The translations under genes and the position numbers were made by a program. Source: Eremomyces bilateralis CBS 781.70 (Eukaryota). Taken from it: 64,000 nucleotides of DNA. Below the pieces are notes generated by a model. The model worked only from the letters and a program-made list of their open reading frames with translations, did no database searches and was not told where the DNA came from. The stretch lies in assembly GCA_010015585.1 (NCBI GenBank), contig ML975149.1; one strand, 5' to 3'. Positions 12,656 through 25,672 of the stretch are shown one piece after another (the first letter of the stretch is position 1; each line of letters begins with the position of its first letter).

Positions 12656-15624
12656 TTTGACGATGAGGATGAGAAATAGCTAGATGAGGAATCCGTAGAC
12701 TAGGAAGGTTGATGATGACTTGGCTCAAGATAATCGAATTGTTCAAGAAAGAATGCGCAGAAAGTTAGGATCCGATACTTTTGAAAAGAGAGGAGCTTGC
12801 ATGGTAAACGGGAACAAGGAGCTAAATAACGACCGTGTGTTCGACAAAAGGAAGTGAGGACCACGCGATTCCGCTTAAGGTGGCCAGGTCTCTATTTCCA
12901 CATCAGCGCGACCTGCTGTCCGGGCCACTAGCCGAAATGGGCATGAGTTGGACAGGCCGCTGTGCAATTATGCAATAATATCCCAGGATTGGAGAGATGA
13001 GAAATTGGCTGAAACACCGCATTCAATTCGACGATGACCCAGTTAGCGTCAGGCCACTCTCCGTCGGCCGCTTCTCCACACGGAAGGCCACGACGATCAC
13101 AGCAGAATGCGTTGATGCGAGTGAAGACAAGGCTGCTGCTGACGTTGCGACGCAGGACCAACAACACGCCTCAGCTCATCTATTCAGGCATGCCAGGTTG
13201 ACTTAAAAGATTCTTCTGGACAGGTTCTAGTGGAAAACTTTGTGATTGACACTCAGGATACCTGGTTCGTTTGCTGCAGAGGCTGGCCATTTCATGCTGT
13301 GTTGCGCGGCCAGACCAGAAATTTCGCGTTGGACTGGGTTGCTTTGAAGTGGGCCCGTTCGATAGCACCCGCATCCAGAACAATTGAAGCGAAGGATTTA
13401 GTAGTTTGGTGGAATACCGGCAAGTTAAGGTACTATGTATAGTGGACGCCTCGACGGCGGATGATTAGTGGACGGGCTGTGAGATTCTCTGGTGCTGTTT
13501 TGGAATACGATTCGCATCTATTCAGATTTCGGGGTTATGGGGTATGACACTTTTTAGTGTTTACACAGCAGTAGTAAAACTTGCCTTTCGAATATCGATA
13601 GCAAGCGAGCGAGACGATCATAATTGGGCCAGCCTTCGAATCTGGAGAAGTGGTATTGTGGACAGGAAGTGGAAATTACCATGATACAGCAGTGTCCCAA
13701 CTCTCAAGCCATTTCACAGAATCTCGGGTCCTGGTCACGTGGAACCCTTAGCGGCTCGCGCCGTTTCGCCATCTGCCTTGCTGCCTCATCCACTCGAGCT
13801 GGAGGGGAGGAGGCATCATACCCTCTAACATCCCAGCTTCATGTTGATTCCCGCTCTTCAATTCGTAGCATTTTTGCATCCGACGTGTGACTTATGGCGA
13901 ATGGATCGTCATGTGCTCACTGAAGTATTGTGAATCGATCTCGATTTAGTATTCTTCGCGTTCATGCTCCTTTCGGTCTAAGAGCTGTGGCGAAGCAGCC
14001 AACGTCACCTGCAGCCATGATGAAATTGCTGACAACTTCCTCGCGTTGCACCTATCCGATATCAACCTATGGTATACCGTACAGACGCTCATAATCCTTG
14101 GAACTATGCCGAATGATAAGACGGGTTCCGGTGAGTGGTGCAGGTCAACAATGAGGGGATGAAGATGTTCTTTGTTTGCTGCGTCTGGACTTTCTGGTGG
14201 ACCAATTGCATTACTTACCATTTCGAGCAGGTATCATAAAAATCTCCCTCCGGGCGGTGGGGTTGTAACGATGACGGACTTCTATGTGTAGCCCAGCTCG
14301 CTGCAAGTGTAAGGATCTGAAACAGTTCAGGCCTCCTTTGAGAAGGTAGCATACGTCAAGTGGTTCCGATGATGTAAGTATACTGTGAATATCGCGATCA
14401 TGGGGTCCCCTAATACTTGTTTCCTTACCTTTTGTTGGACTGGTATCGCTATAAATGCGGCCGATCGCCGTTGTTCATGGATGTCGTACTGAGTTGATCT
14501 CTTCCATTACCTGTTTCTCCGAGGTAATGGATAAGAGAAGACGACGAAACCTATCTCTTCTTTGGCCTGATTCAGTCGGGAACTCGAATGCTATGATTGT
14601 CATGTGCATTTCGCATCGCTCTGGCTTTGGAGTCTGAACCCTCAACAAGCCAGCGATTGGGTCACGAAACGGACAGTCGCGTATCAGAAACTGGTTGAAT
14701 ACATTGTCGGTGTATATCGCCCCGAAGACGCGATCAGCACTGCGATCTCAGGGACCATAATCGCCCTCGCGAGGAAACAACGTCTTTGTCAATGTGCTGT
14801 TTTCGAACCTAAAATGGCCAGTGTGATGTATCGCCGGCTGTTTGCCCCAACACTGAACCCGGAGCGGGAATTAGCCTATCAAACGCTAAAGGACGACTGA
14901 CCTGACGGCCCCTAATCATGTTGCAATTGCTACAGATCATGGTATGAGTGGTTAGTAACATAACTCTCCAAGGTATTCCGCTATCACTGGACAACAACGG
15001 CAACTATCCATTTTGCAGATTCGTCTCAACTCTACAGTTCGGTAAACACCGGCCGCCAGGACTTCTGACGACTGCCAGATTCCTTGAAGACAATGATAAT
15101 ATACCATGATGCAAATATAAGTCGGTGGAGAGTATTTATATATTAGAAAATCATTAAGAAAAGTCGAGTTTAGCTTGGGATTAAGAAACGCCAGTACGGA
15201 GTAGTTACTTACCTTACTCCTTGACTGATCATCAGCTGGAATGAAGTTTTCCTCGTCATGCTGGGTGAATGCGGCACAGCCAGTGTGTACACAATTTCCA
15301 CAACAACCTGTCCTTAGAAATCCAAAGTGAATTTGATCTCTACGATACTCTAATAATACATAAATCCACGGCTGGAACGGCAAATCGCACAGAGGCAGAA
15401 ATTTCCACCCAATATGGGAAGTCAAAGATGCATAGCGCTGATTGGTTGAAATCGAATGTCGTGGCGATTTCACGAGTTTCCAACACTGCCAACCCTGAGG
15501 CGCGTGTAACTGAACTGAACCTACACACTTCAATCTCATTGCTTAATATCCCTGATCTTCGAATCAAACACTACTGTCGTTGACTAACAAGGCCATGCTT
15601 TTGTTCCTCGAATAGAAAAACAAC

Positions 15625-17558
15625 ATGGCAGACTCGATCACAGGCACTGTCAGCCTGGAGCACCGAGATCCGAACTTGGCCCGTCCCAATATGTCCAGTC
15701 TAAGGGTCGCCACAGGGGTTGAGGTATCGGAGTCTGACAAACCCATTGGCAGTGGCACCTCTTCAGTGAAGTATAAAGAATCCACCGTCGCGACGACTGA
15801 TGGAGCCAACGATGGGGACGATGACGATGACGATAGTCAATCCGATATTTCCTATCTCGAGGATGTCCTCGAAGGAACAATCGCCTACAAACACGATGAA
15901 CGTGGTATGCCGAAACATTTGATTCTGTCTTGCGAAACCGTCCTCACACCATCCTAGATCCCGATGTATGCACTGCCGAAGAAGCTCGCTACTATCGTGA
16001 GCGCATTCGCGAGGTCGAAGTCAGTGAATTCGTGCGCGAGTCCATTGAATCCAATGTGATCAGTGCCAAAAAGCTTCTCACGGCTTTCCGGGTCAAGATT
16101 GACTTTGGCCCGACTGAACCGGACACGGCCTACTACAAGGCTTTGGGCGTCGCCATCGCTCATGAGTTGGGCAAACGCCAGAGACTCTCTCAGTATTCTA
16201 CGATTGGCGACGCAGCTTCCCTTCTCCAAAAAGCTTCCAACGTCATGGTCATTACTGGCGCAGGAGTAAGTTTGTCCCATTCACATTTATATGACTCTGT
16301 CACATTTGTCTAGAGCAACGCACTGTTATTGGGTTTTTCGTCATTTCGTAATTTCAGTCAGACATCTTCAAACATATTCCGGCCTATAAGGTGGTCATAC
16401 TTTCCAGTGTTTAGCTCAACTGATAGAACGTTAATCATCTTCTGCGAAAGCCGACTCTAACTGGTTTTCTAGATCTCGACCAGCCTCGGAATCCCGGACT
16501 TTCGTTCCAAGACGTCAGGATTCTACTCCAAACTCCGCGCACGAGGATTTGACCAACCTGAACAGGTTTTCGATCTGTCGGAGTTTGATTATGACCCTTC
16601 GTGAGTTGACACATTTCTGTTGGCTCCACAGGCATTACTCACATTCGGTAGCATCTTCTATTCTCTTGCGGGCGAGCTTCTACCGGACCTAACGCGCTAT
16701 TCGCCAACTCATCAATTCATCCGTCTCCTCCAAGACAAAGGCAAGCTTCGGCGCAACTACACGCAGAACATTGACAATATCGAAGCAAATGCTGGAATCG
16801 TGTCGGACAAGCTCATCCAATGCCATGGCTCCTGGGCAACTGCTACGTGCCGAAAGTGCGGCAATCGAGTCCCAGGCCGTGACATTTTCCCTTACATTAT
16901 GGCCAAGAAAGTTGCGCAATGCCAGAAGTGCAGGGCGGCGCTCGATGTTCAGCCTCAGATGAAGCGGAAGAGAAGCGGAAACCTTGCCTTCAAGAAGTCG
17001 AAGAGGCGATGGGGGAGTGGAGAAGATGATGACAGCGATGATGAAGGGCAATACGATATCCCCGAGCCTGGAGTCATGAAGGTATATAGTGTCCACGATG
17101 CTACGCTGGCTTCTAGCTGACATGATATTAGCCGGACATTACATTCTTCGGCGAACAATTGCCGAAGCAGTTCTTCGATGTCATCAAGTATCAGGACTAC
17201 AACGTCGTGGATCTTGTCATCGTCATAGGGACGAGCATGAAGGTCAAGCCCGTGTCGGAGATTCCAAATTTCCTTCCGAAGGGTGTGCCGCATATCTACA
17301 TTTCTCGTGATGTATGTGACCTTGCTTTATGTTGCTAGTCCCCATGCTAACATTCAACAGCCCTGCCACCACATAAACTTCGACATTTCTCTCCTAGGAG
17401 ACTGCGACCTCGTTGTCGCCGAACTCTGTCGCCGTGCTGGGTGGGAACTGAAACATGACATGGTCCCCAAGGGTCAGACCGTGTCCGCTACGCCCTATCG
17501 AGAATGGGAGCCCGAATGTACGTGGTCTATCACGCCACAGAAAGACGAGACTGCCTGA
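15625..17558 (+). CDS. sir2: NAD-dependent protein/histone deacetylase, Sir2/Hst1 class (multi-exon)
   Basis: Spliced motifs [43 protein letters not shown] (Zn ribbon), [35 protein letters not shown]. Confidence 0.93.
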
Positions 17559-17855
17559 GCATCGAGTATCGTTGAGCATTTGTTAGAGGAGCATCGTTAG
17601 GGCGTTTTGTGAAGTAGCATATCAAGTTTTCCGGATTTGTTCAGATAGATTTCCTGTTCAGCATCACTATTTGGTGGTGGGAGTCCTACAGCGGTGTTTT
17701 ATGTTCTGTGGGAGTCCGACTGATTTCGAGTTGCACCAGACGTTGATACTATTGTTCATAGCGTATGGTACCGATGGAATAGAAGCCACTGGTTTATCCC
17801 CTGGCACCTTTATTTAGTCTCTATCTTACCAAATTCTTGCTACCAGAGTCTAAGT

Positions 17856-19010
17856 CTAATATGATGCGGGGTAGACACTGAGCCTGCCTCCATCAATAAC
17901 TTCTACCGCGCCGTTCTTATATCCGCCGCTCTGTCCCACCAAATGGAGTATGAGGCCGGCCATTTCCTCAAACACGCCCTGACGATTAGCCGGAATTTCA
18001 TTGAACGACCACCTCAACTTCGCGCCTTCTGTCATTTCTGACGGGAACACTAAGCAGTCATTAGTCGGCACTCCCATTTCAACTCGGTATGATAACTCAC
18101 CCCCCGGCGCAATCACATTACTCCTAATTCCCCACGGCGCCAACATGCTCGCCAATATCTTCCCCAGATGAATCGCCCCCGCCTTACTCGCGCAATACGC
18201 CAGTCCATGCGCCACGTTCCTCATCAACCCCGCGATGCTCGCCACCGTGAGGATCTGACTGAGTCTCAAATCCCCCTCCTCAAACCCATTCCGTCTCGCC
18301 ACCTCCACATCCCGCTCCCTCCCTTTCCCACCCGCCTCCAACTTCCCACTCTTCCATCCCCGCCGCTCGTTCCCCTTCTCCAACAGCGGCAGAAACGCCG
18401 CGCTCACCCCCACCACGCTCGCCGTATTCGTCGCGAACGTCCCCTCCCACTTCTCCCAGCTGCCGCTGAGGATCTCGGATACCTGCTTGATGTCCGTCGC
18501 GGCGTACGCTGACCGATGCTCGGGCCCCGAGATGCCCGCGTTGTTGATGAGCACGTCGACGAAGCCGACCTCCCGCTCGATCTGAGCGGCCGCGGCGGCG
18601 ACGGAGGCTTGGTCAGTCACGGAGCATTGGATGGCGGTGACGACGGCAGCGCTGGGGTCGATGAAGGCGGCAGACGCTTGGAGCACGCTGAGGCGGCGGC
18701 CGAGGATGTAGACTTTCTTGGCTTGGGCGTTGAGGAGGGATTTGGCGAAAGCTAGACCGATGCCTGGAAACGGTGAGGAGGGGTACGGGTGTGCTCGTCC
18801 ATAAAGATCGGAACAGCGGTACGAAAGACTACGAGTATGGATAGATGTTGACAAAAACTCTAGATTGGGAACATGCAATGCACCTCACTGCGAGTTTAGG
18901 AGGATTGATCAATTGACAGTAAACGTACCAGTACCCCCTCCTGTGATGACGATCACAAGTCCCTTCGCTGAAAAGAGAGCGTCCGAACCCGTTGACCTAG
19001 CGAGATCCAT
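17856..19010 (-). CDS. Short-chain dehydrogenase/reductase (3 exons)
   Basis: Exon 1 MDLARSTGSDALFSAKGLVIVITGGGT joins GIGLAFA (TGxxxGIG). Also INNAG, catalytic YCASK and VIDGG. Confidence 0.92.
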
Positions 19011-20144
19011 CTCTTCTAATTTAAAATAATGATACTGGGTTTACTTCCAAATCTCAATGTTCCCAAGCTCTTTCTATTCGACTCTGGTGCTGAATGGCGA
19101 GAGTTGTCCTGAATCTAACCGATATCGGAACCGATCTAAGAAACAATGAGGGGTTTACGGAAACAGCAAATACTATGGTTACCACACCACTTCCTTCGAA
19201 GAACTTAACAGGATATTAGTGACTTAGATCGGCATCAAATCGCGTGACGATCTTTCGAACTGACGTCAAGCATTGAGCCGAGTTTAGCCCCGAACTCCTC
19301 AGTTTTTATCCGATATCCCGCACTACGATTCCTGGTGCCGCGGTGCGTGGGATGCATGGGGAACTGGAAATCAGCTCCATCTGAACGAGATACGTCAATG
19401 GAGAAGATTCCAAGCATACCATCAGACGGCGGAACGGGAAAGGTGTATTATCATACACTATCGCCCAGTCGTTACCTGATTGCCCATTTGCAATCCGGTG
19501 TTAGTTCTAAGTGAACTCCTGCGTATGCTCTTGAAGCTTATCACGATTGCACATTGACCCCAGTGGCGAATATCCCGAATTTCCACACGGCGAGACTGAC
19601 TAAGTTATATAATTTGGTGTAACGACACTATAATAATGGTTTAACGGTATGGATATCAACTCACACCTCGGAACTGAGTGTTGCCTCTGATACCGTTTCA
19701 GACGTAACACATCATGTAGAGAGAAAAAGAAAATGAACAAAACGAGCGCGGTGCCGAGTTGGGCGGTGGTATGGGCCTCTGTACAGTGAAGAGGACGCCA
19801 ATGTACGGGAAGGAGTACATGTATGTAGACGAAGCGAAACGGAAAGAGAAAATACAGGGAATCGAATGAGAACGGTCTCGGTAGGTGGTGGATACAGCGG
19901 ATACAGGTACATAGGGGAAAGGGTAAGGAAAGGGGGTATGAAGCGAAATCATCGAAACGAAAAAAAGATCTTGTAGACGGAAGTGAAAAGGACGAACGAA
20001 ATCGAAGTCCCAACAACTCAAAACACACGTCGTTCCCTCAAACCCGACTCCAGGACGCCATCAATCCCAAAAATTCTCCCCGAGATCCATACTACAGTCT
20101 CATGAAGTCATGCCCGATTCCAATTTTCCACCCCCTCCTCTCCT

Positions 20145-23100
20145 TTAGAAGCAATTCAACCCGCTCTTCTTCTTCCCCTTCTTATTCATCGCTGCCAACT
20201 GCGCCATCCGCGCCTCCAGGTTAGCCTTCTCCGCCTCGATCCGCATGCGCGCGCTCCGCTGCTCCTCCTCCAGCTGCTGCACGCTCAGCCGGCTGGCGTT
20301 GCGCTCCTTGCGCATCGCCGTGAGCTCCTCTTCCAGGCTAATGCACTTGCGGCGCCAGCCGTCCATCTCGGACTTCAGCTTCGTGGAGGACGTCTCCAGG
20401 TCCGTCAGCGCTTCCTCCAGCGTCGCGGTGAGTTGCTTCTCCGCGAACAGGTGCTTCTCGATCGTGCGGATCCGCGCTTCTTGGTCTTCGGCCAGTTGCG
20501 CCGCGGCGATGTCTTTGGATTGGTGGCGGGAGGTGGGCGGCGATGGGGCGGAATTGGCGGGGGGGTTGCCAGGGAGGGGGGGCAGAGGGATTGCGGGCGG
20601 TGGGGAGGGGAGAGAGGTGTGCGAGGTGGATTTGCGAAGGTTGGTGCTGGTGGATGTATTGGAATTGGATCGTTGGAGGTCGTTGGCTTCGCCCGGTTGA
20701 AGGGAAGCGCGCTGTGAGTGACGGCGACCGTCGAGTTGAGACTAGATATATTGTTAGCGATTGTCGTGACGTAGAAAAAGGCAGTGTATTACCTCCAGAC
20801 CAGTAATCCTTGAACGTGCTTCTTCGAGCTCCCTCTCCAAGTCAGCCTTCGCGGTCATTGTCTGCGTTAGCTGCATCTGCCTTTCAGTCTGCATCGCAGA
20901 CAGTCGGTTATTCGCAGCCTGATGCGAGTCAAAGTTCGAGTTCAATTGCTCCTCAAGCTCCTCCACGAGCCTGGAGCTCTTCCTCTCCTTTTCGCTGACG
21001 AGCTCGAGCTCCTTGAGCGTCTCGTCGTTGATCATCTTCAGTTCACTGACATTGGACTCCAGCCCGCCGATCTTCTGCTTGACGGATTCCAGCTCGTCGG
21101 TCGCCTCTTTATGCTGCGACGCGGCTTTCTCGTGCTTCTCCAGCAGGGCTTTCCGCTCGTCGGCGAGAGCGCGGACGTGCTCGTGGACGTTGTCGACCGT
21201 GGCGTCCTTGTTCAACGAGTCTGAGATGCTGGCGACGACCATCAACAGCTGCGTTTGAGAGTTGCTCAACTCCGACTTGAGGACCTCCGTTGCCGAACGA
21301 TGCTCCTCTTGAGTCGTTGCTAGCTGCTCCTGCAAAACAGCCTGGGCTTGCTTCAGCTCTTCCAACTGACCTAGCAACTTCTGGCTCGCTTCAGTCTGAG
21401 CTGCCAATGCACTGGCATTGAGCTCCTCGACTTCCTTCGAATGTGACTCCCGAAGTGATTCCAACCCTTCTTGATGCAGCTTGATGGTCGACATATGCTC
21501 CTCGATCTGCCCTTCTAAGTTCCGGACGAGACCGCGGTGCGTCTGAAGTTCTTTCTCAGTGAGCTCCCGAGCCTGGGTATCCTCTTCGACGCTGCTCAGG
21601 ATCTTGGCGTGGGAGTCCTCCAGTTGGGCGAGTCTGGCAGCATTGGCTGCCGCGACGCTCCTGTGCTCGTCGATCTCCTTGCGTAAAGCGGAGATCAGGT
21701 CAGTCTGGTCAGCGTGGTTGGGTAGTGATCCGTTGGAGCCCGCTGAGGTTTCCCGCGAATGTGTCGCCTCGGCTTTCTGGAGCGACGCCTCGAGTTCGTT
21801 GATTGTAGCAAGCAACTTCGCCTCGGTCTGCTTCATCGACTCCACGCTGGCGTCATGTTTCGACTTCCACTCCACGACCTCAGTTTGCAGCGCTACGACT
21901 TTCACCTGCGTTGCGTTGTCATCGTCTCCACGCACGCCATCCCCGTCTGACTCCCCAGACACACCGTTCGACTGGGCACCCCCGACCTCCGCTCGCAACT
22001 TCGCAATCTCCCCCATTAGCTCCTTCTCCCGCCTCCCCTGGCCTTCCTGCAGCGCTCGCATCTGCCGCTCACTCTCAATCAGCTGATCGCGCAACTGCGC
22101 GACGACCGAGATATCCAGCGGCGACGACTTGAGCGAGCTGCGCTCGCGCGTGAGCCCAGAGATGATGGCCATCTTTGCCTCCATCTCCTTGCGCACGGCG
22201 GCCAGCTCGGTCTCTAGCGCGCTCACCCGCTCCGAGCGCATGTGCAGCTCCGTCATCACGGCGTTGATGTTCAGCTCGAAGTTCTGCAGGGCGTCCGGGT
22301 CGGTTTCGAGGTTCTCGAGCGCGATGTTGCGGAGCGAAGCGAACGAGCGGGTGGCGCGGTCGGTGGATAGAACGGTTTGGCTGGATTTGCGGCGGATGAC
22401 GGGCGATGGGGAAGAGGGGCGCACGAGCTGCGCTTTTTGGACTTCCGCCTTGAGTTCCTCGACGTAATCGAGCATATCTTGGTGTTGCTCTTGGAGCTCC
22501 GCGTGGCTTTCTCTGAGTTCCGCGACGGTCTTTTCCTTCTCCTCGGCGAGTTTGCGGAGGTTGTCCATTTCCTGGGCGAGAAGGCCGCCTTCCTTCTCCG
22601 GCACCTTTTCTTTTTCGGCGACCTCCTCGCCGGCATCGGTGACCGTTGCAGCGGCCGATGTTTGCGCCGTCTCGGCTTCGGAGGGATCGATGGAGTCCTG
22701 GGATTCACCAACCGACCATAACTCGGAGGAAAGCGTGCGCGATGTGGATGGCTGTCCGTCTTCGGCGATGCCGTTCGCCTCGCTCCCTTGTACGACGGAG
22801 GTTGGGCGCGTCGAGTTCGCGGACAGCGGGTCACGACCGTTGCGTGCTTCGTCGACCGCATCCTGCAGCTCGGCGAGGGTACGGAGCGCCAGCTTATATT
22901 TGCGAGTCAACTCGTCGTAGTCGTTAAGAGTCACCTCATGCTCCATGCGCAGATCAATAAGCTCGTGAGTGACCGTATCGAGCTTGTCGGCGACAAACCG
23001 AGACTGTGAAGGACCTTCGGACGACTTGGGTTCCTTGACAGGTTCAGCCTCCCCAGCCTCTGAATAGACGCTGGATTGGTCGTCGTCGCTTTGTGTCGTA

Positions 23101-25672
23101 TCCATCTTCAAGGTCTCGGGTTTGTCCTGAGAGTTTACCTCAGGGTCCAACTCCGGAGCTTCAAGGTTTCCGTCGTCACTGTGCTCGGCGTCGCCATTGA
23201 GTTGCTCGTCATCCTCGTGCTCGGCGATCGAGTGGATTCCCTCGCTCTGCTTGCGATCGTGCCCATTCACGCCAACTTGTTCCGCCTTCGAGTCGCCTTG
23301 ACGGATAGTATCTAGCTCGTAAAGGAGAGTGTCAAGCTTCCCAATGCTGCGTTGACGTTCCACCACGTGTTCCAGTCGTTCGATCTCGCGCTGCATCATC
23401 TCGTGGTCCTGCTCCGATTCCGCGAGCCTCTCTTCTAGAGTCGAGATGTACTCCTCACAACTCGCTTCATTGTCCCGAGCACGCGTGAGTTCCTTCTTAA
23501 GGCTCTGGACAATGGCAGAACTCTTCTCTTCGCCGCTCGTGGCGCCGGAGAGGCGGGATTCGATGTCGCGGAGGTAGGTCTCGTCGTTGGCCTCGCGGTC
23601 CATGGCTTTCTGGATGCGTGCTTGGAGTTGCTGGGTGACGGTGTCCATGTATGCGATCTTGGTTTCCTTTTCCAACAGGGTGCTTTCGCTGCTCGCCAAG
23701 GATGCTCGCGTGGTGGCCAGAGATGATTCCAGGCTCTGGATGGTCTTTTCGTACTCGAGAACAACTTGCTCCACGGCTTCGCCGAAGGACGTCGATCGCT
23801 TCAACCTGTCCACCGCGCTTTCGCCAATCGTATCCTTCAACAATGGAGTGTCTTCCATATCTCCCGAATCCCGAGCTTTGGTGATCTCGGAAATCAGCCT
23901 CGCGTGTCGCTGACTCAACGTGCCGTAGTTCTCCTGGATATCAAGCAATTGGTTCTGCAGCTCCACCTCCCGGGTATTGGACCGCTCTGCCCGCTCTTGC
24001 GGAGCCGATGAGCGTCCACCCGTTCGCTCCGACAGACGGATTTGGTCCCGCAGAAACGAGATCTCTGCACGAAGCCGTTCGATGACGGCATGTCTGTCGC
24101 TGTCGTCCGCGACCTGCTGGATCTGAGGCTTGCTCTGGATCGCCCGGGCACGCTGCGCATATTGCACGGTGTTCAGCGTTTCGCTAAGATGGAACTCGGC
24201 GGGATTTATACATGCAACCATGTAGGTAATTGCATTTCCACCAAGAGAGTCCTGTAGCAGGCGGGTCAATCTGGAGTCTCGATAAGAGACATGCGATCCT
24301 GGTTGTCGAGAGGATAGCTGAGAAATGACTTTGCCCAAGCTTGCGAGACCGGCATTGATCGAGATACCCTCCTTGGCACGATCACCATGGGCGCCGGTAT
24401 TTTTCAAACGTTCGCTACCGGCCAAATCGACGAAATGAAGCTTGCTGTCCACGGTCACCCAGTTTTCCGAGGCCGACATGGATTCGATAGGCATCGAACG
24501 GCGCTTCTCTGCCTTTGGAGTGTTACTTCGCTTTTGAATGAGATTCAAGCTGAAGACCGCGTGAGATCGGGATGACTTCGCGTTGACCGCAGTGGCGTCC
24601 GTTTGACGGATGGAAGACCCGAAATTCAGCGCATCGAGAAGATCGCTGATGGAATTGATACTGACTTGCTTCAAGCCGTTCAGGAAAATGCGGCCTTTCG
24701 GGTCCTCACGGACCAGGACTTGTGGTCGTTCATTCATCGGGACCGTCTCGTCGAGTAAGAGATCGCGCAATTGCTCGTTATATATCTAATATGTTTTAGC
24801 ATGAATTTGGGGTGGATGTTCGCATTGCATACTTCGACGTAGGTGGCCTTCATTTGCCAATTCTTATCTGCTGATTTCGACACGGCATTCTGAAGAGCCT
24901 GAAGTCCGTGTGTGGAGTATCGTTGCGGCTTCTTGATGCCCGATGTGGTGTTTCGATCCCCGGAGGAGCCTGTCAACCTCTCGAACAGCGCCGCAGCTGC
25001 TCGTGGAACAACGCCTACAGGGCCATTAGCGATGTAACAACACATTCTTCACTATACATACCCATCAGGGTTGCATCATTCTGCTCCTGCGGGCCCGTCG
25101 TCCCCATGGTATACGACTTCCCCGCGCCTGACTGTCCATAGGCCAATATCGAGACATTGTAGCCTTGCACAAAGTGATTGACGCTCTCGCTGAGGTACTC
25201 CCAAACTCCTTCTTGATTGATATCCTCACCAAACACGCGATCAAAGACGAACAACTTCTTCCCCTGCGCGGATTCGACCGTCAGGCTGGTTTGGCTGGTT
25301 ACTTGGGCGGTTGAACCACGGAACCGCTGTGGGATCAATTCAAATCCAGGGTCTCCGGGGCGGATCGGTGGGCGGACACGAACGGCTGCGGGAGAAAGTA
25401 TGGGTTAGCCCTAGGAAGTCCATGATATCCTTCTCCATATCGGGGAATGCCTTTCTCTCTGCCAAAAAGATGCAGCAAATTCGGAGCGGGTTCTTTGTTC
25501 ACCTACCAACTTTCACGGACGTCTTCGAATCTTCATCCGATGCTCGACTCCCGCCTTGCCGACTGCTCGTGCTCATTCGGCTCGCACTGCGATTCGGCCT
25601 CACCATGACGCTCATCGGCCGCGGCGCCTTCTCCGGTGGAGATCCAGGTGGTGATGCTGCGATACCTGCCAT
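20145..25672 (-). CDS. Kinesin-4 family (KIF4/KIF21-like) motor with long coiled-coil tail (multi-exon)
   Basis: SVKV|AVRVRPP, FVFDRVF, P-loop AYGQSGAGKSYTM, NAKSSRSHAVF, FVDLAGSER, HVSYRDSRLTRLLQDSLGG, ETLNTVQYAQRA. Ends KKGKKKSGLNCF*. Confidence 0.93.

Noticed and set aside
18765..18929. Possible [D1,2] stwintron in SDR intron 1 (G|GTACGT...CTAAAC..GCAG|TGAGG)
   Set aside because: Two-step splicing would remove one extra G and shift the frame to a stop (GCA TCG GTC TAG). A single ordinary intron restores TGGGTGIG.
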